Shown one piece after another: positions 46,401 through 64,000 of a stretch of DNA of 64,000 bases. The position numbers and the translations under genes are program-made. This DNA comes from Gekko japonicus (Eukaryota). The first letter of the stretch is position 1, and the number at the start of each line of letters is the position of its first letter. The notes beneath the pieces were generated by a model, which worked only from the letters and a program-made list of their open reading frames with translations, did no database searches and was not told where the DNA came from. The DNA lies in NCBI RefSeq assembly GCF_001447785.1, contig NW_015172010.1:1282731-1346730 (forward strand), read 5' to 3'.

Positions 46401-49400
46401 AACAGACCTATCAAAATTCACTTTGAATTTCTGACTGAAGGGTATTTCTGGAACAAGTGAAAATGTATGATAGTGGGTGTGTAGTTTACGTAACTTGACA
46501 CTCCTTAATGTTGAAATGAGGTTCCCCAGCTGATAGGTCTAGAGATAGACTATAAAGTTCTTGAGAGAACTGTTCTGCCAAATATGCTGCGAGTTAAATC
46601 ATAATTTACCTTTCTCATTTATTTAGATTATTTCATAGCCTTCCTTTCTCACTAGGACTCAAGAGAATTACAGAGTACAGAAAAAAGAAAAATGTAATCA
46701 TACACTATAGGACATCCAGTGAGCAATGCAGGACTAGGAAGATAAAAACTGAATGAGAATGCAAGCAACAGTGTGTCTCCTTATTATGTTTCTTTTAGAT
46801 TTTTTTAACTTTAATAGCTGCTAAAGGCTATCTTGTGTTAATTTATTATTTATAACATTCATTTCTCCCTTGGGGAACACAAGATAGCTTACAATACAAA
46901 CAAAACACAATAAAAACAGTCATTATAAATCCAGTAAAAGTCATAGTTTAAAAATGTTAGGACTACCATAAAAGCTAAATAAATCAAAACACAATCCTTA
47001 AAACCGTCTTCAGCTGCCTGCTAAAGATCAACAGTGATGGGTCCAGGGCCAGGCGCACCTCCCTGGGGATGTTATTCTGTAATTGTGGGGCTGCCATGAA
47101 AAAGGCACTCTCTTGTGTACCCATCGAACAAGTGTCTTTAATCAGTGGGAGAGTTTGGAGGGCATCTCCCTGCAATTTTAATTCTCGGACAGGAATGTAT
47201 GGGAGAAGAAAGTCCTTCAGATATCCCAGTCCCAAGTCATAAAGGCTTCTTTACTAGCTGCTGCTTCTGAACACTCTTCAAGGGTAGCCCCAAGTAGAGC
47301 ACATTGCAATAGTCCAGTCATTGTAACGAAGGCATGGATCACTGTGACTAGATCTGACTGTCACAGGCATAGGCACAGTTGACACATCAGCTGCAGCTGG
47401 GCAAATGCACTCAGAGCCACCTGGTTGTCTAAGGTGACCACTGTGTCAAGCAGCACTCCCAAGCTGTGAACCTGGCTTTTCAAGGGAAGTATAACCCAGT
47501 CTAATACAGGGGGAATCTGAAGTCCCCGGTCTGCCTTTCTACTAACCCAAAGGATTGTCAGGATTCCATTTCAGCTTGTTCAGCCTCATCCAGCCCATTA
47601 CAGACTGCAAGCACCAGTTCAGAACATTAACAGCATACTTGAAATTAGGTGGAAAAGGCAGAGCTGGACCAGTTCAGAACATTAACAGCATCCTTGAAAT
47701 TAGGTGGAAAAGGCAGAGCTAGTAGCATCTCTGCATATTGGTGACATCACAGCCCATATCTCCTGATGACCTCTCCCAGTGGCTTCATATAAATATTAAA
47801 TACCATGGGGGATAAGATGGAACCCTGTGGCAACCCGCACGTTAATGGCCATGGGGAAGAGCAGGAGTCCTCCAGGACTGTCTTCTGAGATCAAGCCCCC
47901 AGAATAGGACTTGAACCATAATACCATGCTCCTTGGTCCCAGTGCTGAGAGGCAGCTCAGTGGGATACCATGGCTGATAATATCATTTGCTTCTGAGAGA
48001 CCCAACAGAACTAACGGGGTCCCATTCCCTCAAAGCAGTCTCTGTCCCAAATCCTGGCCTGAAGCCACATTTAAATGGGTCCAGAAAATCAGTCTCTTCC
48101 AAGAAACTCTGGAGCTGAGAGGCCACAGGCTGTTCTAACACCTTGCCCAAAAGTGGAAGATTGGAAACTGGCCAGAAATTTTCTAACAGAGTAGGGCTCA
48201 GGGAGGGTTAATGTTCCCTTCCTGAGTCCCAGTGCTATCCAGTAACAGTGTAGCCGTAGACTTCTATTACTGTTCCTGAATCTTTTAGTGTTGGGTGTCT
48301 TAAGTGCTGTCAAGTTGCTTCCAACTTATGGGGACCCTCTGAATTAATGACCTCCAGAAAGTCCTATCCTTAACAGCCTGGCTCAGGTCTTGCAAACTGA
48401 GGGCCTTTGTGGCTTCCTTGTTTGAGCCAGTCCATCTCATGTTGGGTCTTCCTCTTTTCCTGCCAAGTACAACTTTTCCTAGCATCATTGTTTTATCTAG
48501 TGACTCTTGTCTTCTCATAATGTGACCAAAGTACAATAGCCTCAGTCTTGTCATTTTAGTGTCTTTCAGGCCTGACGTGATTTACAAGCCACTTATTTGT
48601 CTTCATGGCAGTCCACGGCAGTGTTCCCTCTAAGCTGAGTTAGTGAGAGCTTACTCACAGTTTTTTAGCCTCCGGCTCACAGATTTTTGTCTTAGCTCAG
48701 GAAGGAGGGCTCCAGAGCAAAGAAATTTATGCGGCAGCCAAATCGCTCGCTCACAACTTTAATGCCGCAAAGTAGCTCACAAAGTAGAATTCTTGCTCAC
48801 AAGACTCAACAGCTTAAAGGGGGCATTGGTGCACGGTATCCATAAAACACTCCTCCAACACCACATTTCAAATGAATCAACTTTCTTCTTGTAGTATTAC
48901 TCTTCAATATTGAATCATTTGACTTTTAAAAAACTCAAATCATGTAGTTTAATGCTATTCCCAAAAGCAGTAACACAGTAATTATCCAGAAGTAGGAGAC
49001 AATCATTCCTTACAGCTTCCCAAAGTCTTAAGGCTTCCTGAAGACTCATCTTACCTTTTAGGCTAAGCCGTGATCAGTTGTAATTCACTTCTACAGCCAT
49101 ATATTTTCCCTGCTTGTACTGTAACAACATGGGGACAAAGAGCATCTTCCTTGGAAGTAACACTTTAAAAAGCTACTACATGCCTAGCACAAGCACCGTG
49201 CCATCCAGAAACAGTCCAGAGGTAGCCAGAGGAGGATGTTGTGTTAAAAAAATCTCATCTGTACAATTATTCTTTTAAAGTTGGCTGGATAACCTTAAGG
49301 AAAGAGTTAAAAATTAAGCAATGGATGCTGCTGGAAACTTATTCCAGTTTCTTTTCTTTAATTTTAACTTGTATCCATCAAGTTTAATACTTCCTCTCTC

Positions 49401-52113
49401 TTTTTTTTTAATTAATACTTTCTCAGGAAAAAGGCCTGCAAGTACTTTGACCAGGGTAAGGGAACCTGCCCATTTGGGGGAAAATGTTTGTACCTCCATG
49501 CCTATCCTGACGGAAGAAGGGCTGAACCTGAGAAACCACGGAAACAGCTTAGCTCTGAGGGGACTGTACGGGTAAGATGATCTAACCCTTCGAGTTCTCA
49601 TGGAGCAGTACACTATTCAGACTTAGAAACTTTAGTATTCATATAAGTCTTCAACATATGAAACTGCTTAGGGCAGTTGGCATTTAAAATACAAGCACTG
49701 GGACAATAGCAGCAGTGATTTTAAACAAACCTAACTTTTGTATACTTCCATGTGCAGATCATGAATATGTAATTTTTTTATTCTAACAAGGACAGCTTTT
49801 ATAATAGTGCAGCTGATTACAACTCCTGTTAGTTTACTGCAAATTTAGCATTACCCATGTTTATTTTACAAGTATCTACATTAGCCTGCCATGGCTGTAT
49901 CCCTTACTCACAGCACAATCAAACTGGGCTCCCATCTGCTCTGATAAGACTTGAAACTCTTGTTTTTGAGCCAGTAACCTTGTTTGTGTTGCAGCACTGC
50001 CACCTGGACTAGTGTGAAAGACGTTGTTTGTGTTGCAGCACTGCCACCTGGATGAAGCTGCCCTTAGACTAGTGTGAAAGATTGTGGTTAGTGTTCAGAT
50101 GTAATCCACTCTCCTTACATCTGCTGTTTGTGGTACAGTTGCACAAATTAAGAATTCCTGCGTAAAATGGTAGTGTTTACCTTAGTTCCTTCTGCAGTCC
50201 ACTCTTTTGAACAGCAGTTCATAGGAAAGGGCTAGGATGAGAGGTTCAGAGTCTGTGCCCTTTTCCAAATAACATGGTTAAAACTAAATTTGTACTGGTA
50301 AATGTTGTTGTACACGGCTGTTGTGACCATTGGCTTTAAAATGGAGTACCTAGCCTATTTGCATCTCTGACTGAAATGAATTGGTTTCTAACAACTTCTG
50401 TAACTTGAATTTGTATTTTATTATCCCCAACTTTGGGCCTACTGTTCAAAGCCAGATGTGCTGCCGCTGCTCAGAAAGAGGCAAAAGGGGATAAGACACA
50501 AGGGTACTTGTGTGACATTCTATGAATTGTATAAAAATGTAGCAGTGCCTGTTTTAAGTTTTGGTATGTGAGACCACTCGAGTGGCACAGGGCATGAGTG
50601 TGAGGTAGGAAGTACTTTCCATATGGAATGTGACAAGTCAGAGGGATAGGAGGTGGTGTCTGGGTCAATGTGGAGAGAGTCTGTCAGCCTGGTATATTAG
50701 CGAGCTGATATTCCCTCACTTTTTACGCCCTGAATTTTCTCATTATGTGTGTCTGTGAATTAAAATTTGGTTAAATCATCAAGAAATTTCCTCACCATTA
50801 CTAAGTATATGGAAGTGGCAATGGTTTTAACAGTTTGAAGGTATAAAAGAGCTACAATCCAGAGAGACTTGAGTACACCACCAGGGAATGTTATAACCTA
50901 AAGCGGGCGGGGGGGGGATCCCTCAGGACAGGTGAGCACCCTGCAGCGGCTATAAACGAGGTCCAGGGAGAGGAGATTGGAAGACTTACTAAGGGGGATG
51001 ATTGTGTTCATTACTGCATAAGGGACAGTGGCAGGTGGTGGTAAGCTTGGGTGAGAACCGTCTTAAATAAGGACCAAGTTCTTCCATATGAGATATTGAA
51101 AGGAGGAAATCCTCCTCCTGAATTGTGAAAGATAAGGTTTTCCCCCTGCTGGTACCAGTGCAGTACTGCTGGTGTTATGTTGGTGTAACAAAACATTCAA
51201 CTGTTCTGCAATTACAGTGTTTTCTATCTTTGTCAAAGTTACTAGAGATGCCCCCCCTCTCCTTTTAGCAGGAATACAGTGCTAAGGCCCATACCCACTA
51301 TAGTGGCTTGGATCTAGCCAAACCGGAGAGCTAGTCACTTGGGTAGGTCACAGTTCTCTCAGAGCTCTCTCTGCCCCACCTACCTCATCAGGGTGTCTGT
51401 TGCGGGGAGAGGAAGGGAAAATTGTAAATTGCTCTGAGAGTCTGAGTGAAGGGCAAATCCAACTCTTCTATCGAAACATTTCTGTGGAAAGATTGCCCTC
51501 CTGTAGGCAGCTTTCTTTCACACACCCCCAATGCTGATCCTACAATGCTCCCTGAAGTGTTGTTTCCTAGGGACAGGGGAGCCTCCCCAGCCACAAGCAT
51601 TTCAGAGGACATTTATCACTAGAGCAGGAGGGAAGAGGGAAGATGCTCCAGAGGCAAAAATCTTTCTCTGTCCACAGAAATGTCAGTAAGTGCTAGCTTG
51701 CATTGATGCACCTACTGACGTGACAGCAGCCTCTCTCAGCTATGCACAGAATCCTGATTTAAGTTATTCAAGAACATCTTTGCAGTGGGTCTGCTGTGGT
51801 AGGAAGCTCTTATGAGTCAAATGAAGCAGAACTGCATTTGGTAGGAAGAATGATGATTTAACTGCTCCAGACCCTTTTTGATCAAACTGCCTGCAATACT
51901 TCAAGCACATTCAAGATGAATACTGGCTTAGATATGCTATTAATAAAAGTTGCCTGTGTTTTTTTGTATTAGTTCCTCAACTCTGTTCGACTCTGGGATT
52001 TTATCGAGGATCGAGAAACTAGAACATTGCCAGTTACTGAGGATGTGACTGAACTTGGAGAGCTTTTCATGCATCTCTCCGGAACAGATGCTGAATCTTC
52101 TGCTCCTCCCTGA
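30885..52113 (+). CDS. MKRN2: E3 ubiquitin-protein ligase makorin-2, spliced CDS of 1260 nt / 419 aa. Exons: 30885-30913, 34159-34287, 35477-35655, 39631-39941, 41475-41689, 43179-43289, 49427-49571, 51973-52113
   Basis: C3H1 fingers ([19 protein letters not shown]; [19 protein letters not shown]; [19 protein letters not shown]; [21 protein letters not shown]), makorin Cys-His motif, and C3HC4 RING (CNIC...CNHTYCLSC...CPEC). All introns GT-AG with continuous frame. Confidence 0.97.
32530..33165 (+). mobile_element. Old L2-like LINE 3' fragment interrupted by a tRNA SINE; similar fragment at about 44030-44400
   Basis: [12 protein letters not shown]....[10 protein letters not shown] motif of L2/CR1 ORF2 C-terminus. 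Confidence 0.7.
33243..33435 (+). mobile_element. 5S rRNA-derived SINE
   Basis: GTCAGATCTTGGAAGCTAAG...TGGTTAGTATTTGGATGGGAGA plus RTE-like tail. Confidence 0.8.
34159..34287 (+). CDS. MKRN2: MKRN2 exon 2
   Basis: [10 protein letters not shown]...CAYGARCR|gtatga. Confidence 0.95.
35477..35655 (+). CDS. MKRN2: MKRN2 exon 3
   Basis: YDHVRPSS...[16 protein letters not shown]|gtaagt. Confidence 0.93.
36914..37119 (+). mobile_element. hAT MITE (inner, 206 bp)
   Basis: CAGTGTTCCCTCTAAGCTG...CAGCTTAGAGGGAATACTG; perfect 8-bp TSD CTCTGGAG. Confidence 0.92.
37139..38688 (-). mobile_element. L1-clade ORF1-only (half-L1/HAL1-like) retroelement; ORF1 decayed (about 38575-37601)
   Basis: 14-bp TSD GAGCCATCCTTCCT; G-run 5' end; ORF1-like motifs (coiled coil, [29 protein letters not shown]); AATAAA and short A tail; no ORF2. 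Confidence 0.8.
39631..39941 (+). CDS. MKRN2: MKRN2 exon 4
   Basis: LCGSGEE...[10 protein letters not shown]...[14 protein letters not shown]|gtaaat. Confidence 0.95.
40740..41274 (+). mobile_element. Putative non-autonomous Helitron with a GC-rich minisatellite
   Basis: A|TCTATATACTAATA start; ACCCAC...GTGGGT hairpin just before CTTG|T end; no TSD. Confidence 0.5.
41475..41689 (+). CDS. MKRN2: MKRN2 exon 5 (RING)
   Basis: [27 protein letters not shown]...FENPIIK|gtaagt. Confidence 0.95.
41932..42820. mobile_element. Composite DNA-transposon-like repeats (TAGGGGTGTGCA-start element plus a Charlie-like end)
   Basis: Start matches the reverse complement of the end of the related element at about 53640-54178 (GCACACCCCTAG); ends TTTGACACCCCTG. 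Confidence 0.55.
43179..43289 (+). CDS. MKRN2: MKRN2 exon 6
   Basis: [37 protein letters not shown]|gtaagt. Confidence 0.95.
46840..48230 (-). mobile_element. Old L2-like LINE fragment (RT domain to 3' end)
   Basis: Minus-strand PQGSILSP-like RT motif near 47830, and LGYLKD.LLPYIP.REL...[16 protein letters not shown]-terminal motif. Confidence 0.75.
48295..48895 (-). mobile_element. RTE-clade LINE 3' fragment, interrupted by a MITE
   Basis: [20 protein letters not shown]...RKRGRP..RW is the RTE ORF C-terminal signature. Confidence 0.85.
48619..48828 (+). mobile_element. hAT MITE, same family as 36914-37119
   Basis: Same TIR and body; 8-bp TSD GTCCACGG / GTGCACGG. Confidence 0.88.
49427..49571 (+). 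CDS. MKRN2: MKRN2 exon 7
   Basis: [29 protein letters not shown]...EGTVR|gtaaga. Confidence 0.95.
51973..52113 (+). CDS. MKRN2: MKRN2 exon 8 coding part
   Basis: [15 protein letters not shown]...[11 protein letters not shown]...APP*; TGA at 52111-52113. Confidence 0.95.
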   Translation, partial: FLNSVRLWDFIEDRETRTLPVTEDVTELGELFMHLSGTDAESSAPP

Positions 52114-52278
52114 AACACAAGATCTCTACTATGTTGTCTCCTATATCAGTCTTTCTGTTCCTTAGATAGCTTTGTACCATTTACCACAATATTAGAATTA
52201 CTGTGCCATGGGGCTTATTAAGGTCCTGGTGAAATTCTAGTACAACACTGTTGTTGTAGAGCAAATCTGTTTAAGTCC

Positions 52279-52920
52279 AATAAAAGTGAGTGCTTTGGAT
52301 ACAATGGTAGATGTAATCAAATATGAAAAGAGAGTTCCACTAACTTGGGACGGGACGTATTCCTGTTACTAATGATGGCCAACCACCTCAGTGCTGGAAC
52401 ACATGTTTATAAATATACCCAGGTGAAGATTGGGGGTTGGGAAAAATTGGGGACAGTGGACACTTTACAAATAATTTTCAGTCAGGCATTAAAGGATCCA
52501 GCTCAAAACTGCCTGAACTTTTAAAGCAAGGAATGTTGGCTTCTACATGCCTCAGTGTGACATTTTTTCAATAAAAAACAAATGCTACTTTCAGACTTCA
52601 TTCAGGTACAGACAAGTAATACAAGTAACAATAGGACATTTAATTTATTCTGAAGCGCATATTATGAGCTTGTCCTCACTGCTGTTTGGTCTCACATTAA
52701 ACATTATTCAAATTAAAACTTACATGATCTAGTTCTGATCAAACTTTGTGATAGTTCATACAACCAAATGGGGGTAGGCTACTAAACATGTTTGCTTAGT
52801 ATACTTGAAAAACACTCAATAGTTTAATACTGCACTGCCCAAGAAATAAGCTGTCAGTTGTTACAGTTGTCTAGAATGGCAATTTAGATACAGCATTTTG
52901 TCTTTATCTATACAAATAAA
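52279..52920 (+). terminator. Candidate MKRN2 polyadenylation signals (AATAAA at 52279, 52570, 52915)
   Basis: Canonical hexamers in the 3' UTR; which one is used cannot be determined. Confidence 0.5.
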
Positions 52921-53187
52921 ACGTCCTAATTTGTATGGCGTATTAAGAATTGTGTTAAGAATGGGAGTTTGGTCAGAATAAACTCCCTAATTTGTATAAC
53001 ATGGTCACAAGGATGAAGTTGCATTGGGAGCTGTACTTGCCCTTTGAGAGAAAAAACCATGATTTTCATTGAATCTATTTCATCAGGCTTGGATTGATAC
53101 TATTATATTCAATAATTAGGAACTATTAGTAGCATTTTTATAAAACAGTCCAGTTTGAATTTAGTTAATAAGGGGTAGGATAGAAAG

Positions 53188-53315
53188 TGTCGTAGATGCA
53201 ACGAACATGAAATTGAGCACACTTCAGAGGATGGCGGAAGACCGGAAGGCCTGGCGGGAGCTGGTCCATGGGGTCGCAAAGAGTCGGACTCGACTGTGCA
53301 ACTGAACAACAACAA
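53188..53315 (+). mobile_element. RTE-BovB LINE 3' terminal fragment
   Basis: GGTCCATGGGGTCGCAAAGAGTCGGACTCGACTG...(AAC)n tail; 11-bp TSD AGGATAGAAAG. Confidence 0.88.
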
Positions 53316-53639
53316 AGGATAGAAAGAAGAGAACTGCTTTTGAAGGGGAGAAGGACGAAAGATTCTTGTTGTTACTGAATAATGAACACTGCCTTACCTG
53401 TCAGTGGAAACAGCTCCGTGGTCTCCAGCTGCAGCCTGCCCCATCATTTCTTTGTTACACAGCCAGTTGGTCAACCCTAGACGGTTAAGCTATCGTGTAA
53501 ATAGGTCTTCCTTTAAGGCATCCACATAATTTAGATTTCTTCAAACTTGCACAATAAATTTCTTCCCTTGGCATAAAACATCAGATGAAACTTTTGCCAA
53601 GGCCACTCTAGCACTAAATGGTTAAACAGGGACTTTCAG

Positions 53640-54178
53640 CAACCACACCAAGCAAGCAGGTAGAATATAGGTTGCTTCATGATTCAGGATTTTTTCCCCA
53701 CCTTCAGTATGGTCAGTGGTCCCCATAAGATATAATGGAGAATCAATCTGGGGATCTGTGGGGGCTCTTTTTTGAGGTAGAGGCACCAAATTTGCAGCAT
53801 AGCTGCTGGTGCCTCTCCTCAAAAAAACACCCCCAAGTTTCAAAAAGATTAGACCAGGGAATCCAATTATATGGGCCCCCAAAGAAAGTGTTCCCATCCT
53901 CCATTACTTTCAATGGAAGAAAAGGTGTTTAAAGGGATCACAAGCCGCAAGAGTGGCACAACTTCGTGAGTGAACTCCAAAGGCATTAGAATGGAATGCA
54001 ATAACTTTAAACACCCTTCAACTAGTGGTCCCAAAAGATCCTGATTTTTCGGACTTGGCCATTTCAGATAGCCAGAAAATGCCCAAAGAAATATCTGGCT
54101 AAACGAAAATCCAGAAAATACCGATAAGGTATTTTTCAGATATTTTTCAGCTTGGGTTTAGCCAAAAGCACACCCCTA
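53640..54178. mobile_element. Gecko-type DNA-transposon-like repeat
   Basis: Ends GCACACCCCTAG; shares the CCCCATA..TATAATGGAG motif with about 42068-42088. Confidence 0.5.
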
Positions 54179-56672
54179 GTGTGAACATTAAGCTCTGGCT
54201 AGGGTTAAAGATGTTCTAAACTTGTAACTAGCTAAAGGAGCAGGAAAATGAATTCCATCATTTCTATAAAAATAGACTCCCTTGCCTGCTGAGCAGGGTT
54301 ATGTTGCAAGGTTTTAGGGTTCAGTGCATTTGTAGACTGAATTATCCTCCCACTTGCATTTAATCAGAGTATGGGATGGTTTAAATTTCATATCATATTT
54401 CCAATATTGGAATTGAGCCACACCAGTGCTTTAAGTGCCCTTTTTAACTTATAGGTCCATGCCTTGTAGCAGAAGGCAGAAACTAGAAGCTTAAGCAGGC
54501 AGTAATTTTAGCTTGGACAAGAGCCAGAAGTGTTTCAGAGTATGCTGGTTCCATTCTTCTGCTAACTCTTCAAGTTCTTCGGTTACACACTAGCTTCCAG
54601 CATTGGTGTTGTGACCACAGGCACATGCACCCACCCCACTTACTGCTGGAAAGAATTTCATTTTCAGCTTTAGCTTCAATATTTAAATGAAAATATCAAT
54701 ATTCTATAACTGATGCCAGTTCTTCCAGTTGCTTTGATTTTCTAGCTCAAGAGGAACTTTCTAAATGTAATGAACTACATCTTATAGGTATACCACCCAT
54801 GTTCATTACACTCATTGGTACTGGACAGCATTTTGTTTTGCTGTAACAATTAGAGTTATTTCCTACACTGACCTTTGCCACACTGTTACCCATTCACCAA
54901 TTTAGATAGATCTTCCTCTTCACAATCCACTTCAGTTTTAACTATCCTGAAAATTCCGTATCATCCACAAATTTGGCCACTAAGCTGTTCATCGCAATGC
55001 CAAATCGTTTATGAATTACATAGCACTAATCCTTTTGGGACCCTGCTGCTCACTTCCCTCTGTTGAGAGAATTGTCCATTTATTCCTCTTCTGTGCTTCC
55101 TGCAATTTAACCAATATTAATCCATAAAAGGACTAGCAATTAGTACATTCACCCATTATATATCACTGCAACTTTCTATGGAGATGATGGTGCTTGCGCT
55201 ACAATCAACTCACAGAATCGAGCAGCTCACTATACTACATAAGTGCCAAATATTACACAAAGCCTGGAAGGTAAAAGCAGCAGTGTTCAAACAGCAATGG
55301 AAGTCTCCCAAATACAAATCAGCTCATTCTATCGGCATATTAATGTTGACACAAGTGAATGATATGCGAGCTTATGTTAGAGTGATGCAGTCATTTTAAG
55401 CATTGCCACTTTGTTACTAAGTTTTCCTATTTAACATTTTGAACTATAAAATCCATTTGACAAGACCAGCTGCCTAATTTATCCATAAACTACTCATGCT
55501 AATTAGCTGATACAATTCATATTTATGCTCAGATTTTATATAAGATTTATAGGACAGAATGATTCTAAATAAGGTCTTCACAACACAAAGCAAAATAGTG
55601 CCTCTTAGTGTGAATACCGAATTATATCCCTTTGGTTTACATATTGGGTAAAAGAACCTTGTAACATTAACATCAGTTTTGTAAAAACAAATTTGAACAC
55701 TTTTGAACTGCTGCCAGTAGGCATATTGCAAGCATACTGATGTTCAAACAAATCTACTCAAGAGCAGTTTCAGTTCATCAATATCACTTGATTGGACAGC
55801 ACTATTTACTTGTTAAAGAAGACAAGAAAGTCAAGCATGACAAAATTGACTACATTCTTAAGTGATACATGGTGTCAACAGAAATTAAACAGTACACATG
55901 AAAAGTAAACATTAAAAAATACAAATGTCATAGCTTATTAAGTTCTCAAATCATGTCCCAATGATCCTCCACAGATAAAGGTGAGTATCCTGCATGCACC
56001 TTCCCAAAGTTAAGGTCAAATGATGAGTGTGAATGTGTGGTAATAAAATACAATGGACCAAAATATCTGTGAGATCTAATTTCAAGGACTGCCACTACGA
56101 GCAAACTTTTGAGAAGGGCACTAATGGGTCCTTCTCTATGCCTGAATGTCAAATATGAGCTTTTATGCAAGTGAAATAGGACATTGCATACAATGCAATA
56201 TATAATGCACATGTTTCCGAGAATACTGTGTACTGTAAACTACTCTAGAGCTTCCCTCTTCTAAAAAAGATGTATTAGAAGGCAGTCTCTTCAGTAATTT
56301 TGCTTCCTCTCACACTCCTCCAGTTCTTAAGGCAAGCAAATGGTACAATACACTCTCGGGAAACTAGATTATAAGGACAAAGTAACAGGTTGGATCCCAT
56401 AGAATGTTTTTGTTAATGGAAGGCATGATTTTTACCAATTCTGCTCTCCCACTGCGGATCTGACTATCCCCCCCCCCCCAACATTTCTGGGATTATTTTA
56501 GGCTGCAGCAGAAACAGTAAGCAAGGAATTCCCATTTCTGCTGATGGAAATCCCTTCTATCAACAGATTTACCATAGGATCCAAACAGTAGATAACATAC
56601 ATTTCTTATGAGTGTGGCACACAAGTCTGAAAGATCAGTTTAAAAAAACTTGAATGACACACTTAAATTTAA

Positions 56673-56683
56673 TTTATTTTATT
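56673..56683 (-). terminator. Candidate RAF1 polyadenylation signal (overlapping AATAAA x2)
   Basis: tttattttatt on + strand, about 940 nt past the RAF1 stop. Confidence 0.55.
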
Positions 56684-57619
56684 AAAATAAGATAATCAGA
56701 AGAACCTTGGTTTACAATAAATGCTTCTTCTTTAGGAGCAATAAAAACAAAATTAAAACCCAAATCAGCACGGGAAAAACCTGTATACGCCAGAAGTTTC
56801 TTTATAGTGCATCTCAGAAAAACATTTCAAACAGACTAAAGGTTGCTTTTGCAGAAATATATTGACATTGCTTATTTGCCTCTTCATCTTCTTCCCCATG
56901 TTATAGTTCCTCATGGACATCCCAGGGCATTGCAAGAATTGAGTCCGAAGTACACAAGCTTTTTGTGTTACTGAAAGATGATTGCAGCATATTGTGCTAC
57001 CTTCTTTCTCTGAGCAGTACAAGTTAGAATATATTCTCACCTTTACAAAAAGCGTGTTTTCTTCCATGTGCAACATGATTTAGTGTTGGTGTTTAAAGTT
57101 TCATTACCTTGAGAAATATGCTGTAGGAGAAATGTTGCTGAGCGAGCATTCCCTTTTCTCTTGTCTTCTTGTAGGCTCGCTATTTTAGTTAAAATCCCTC
57201 CAGCTTGAATGGCAAAGGCTATCAAACAGCAGCACCATCTGTATTGAGTTTGCTCAAATGCTAAGCCATTATTGCTGCTACACAAATATAATCGTTTATT
57301 TAGCAGAATGGAAAAGTCAAAACCTGCTAAAGTAGTACTTTTTTGCATGGGAAAAAATAAGGCTCAAGTGCATCTATAAAAAATAGTAATAGGACTTCTT
57401 GTATACAGTCTGTTCACTATTTCAATAACCGTAGAAAAAGGCAACATGGAATATTGTCCCTGTAGGATCAGAACAGTAAAAATTCGTAGCAGCTCATTCC
57501 TAAAACTGGCATCCAGCCGAATCCCACGCTGGCAATGCAGTCCTGTAGACCGAGGCATTGAAAGCACAACTGCTATAACAGTTACTGGGGAGGGCAATGA
57601 GGCAGTGCACTCTGATCGC

Positions 57620-64000
<6,381 letters not shown>

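Noticed and set aside
49990-50055. Tandem CTCF sites (CCAGGTGGCAG on minus)
   Set aside because: Only the 3' part of the core matches; not supportable without ChIP or PWM scoring.
50889-51189. Solo LTR (TGTTA...TAACA); similar TGTTA-start block at about 31472
   Set aside because: No matching TSD, primer-binding site or second copy visible, so the call cannot be supported.

Overview
Eukaryotic genomic DNA from a squamate reptile, probably a gecko (inferred from the repeat families). It comes from a gapped assembly, with N runs at 11356-11370 and 28465-28477. The window holds the conserved vertebrate block TSEN2(+), MKRN2OS(-), MKRN2(+) and RAF1(-, 3' part only). I reconstructed the exons by hand from GT-AG boundaries and reading phase: TSEN2 449 aa (11 coding exons), MKRN2OS 223 aa (4 exons), MKRN2 419 aa (8 exons), and the last six RAF1 kinase-domain exons, which include a U12-type intron. 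Introns are packed with CR1, L2 and RTE/BovB LINE fragments, Sauria, Squam3-like, tRNA- and 5S-derived SINEs, and hAT/Harbinger-like MITEs, many with readable target-site duplications (TSDs). Most notable: (1) a tandem duplication of the frame-shifting 82-nt TSEN2 exon with a SINE scar at the junction; (2) a His/Cys permuted-papain (DeSI/PPPDE-like) signature in MKRN2OS, which lies head-to-head with the RING E3 ligase MKRN2; (3) an ORF1-only half-L1 element inside a MITE-in-MITE nest; (4) a hAT MITE carrying arrays of KLF-like plus octamer-like motifs; (5) unusual RAF1 kinase-domain substitutions. There is no prokaryotic or CRISPR-type system. Gene and repeat family names rest on recall, not on database searches.
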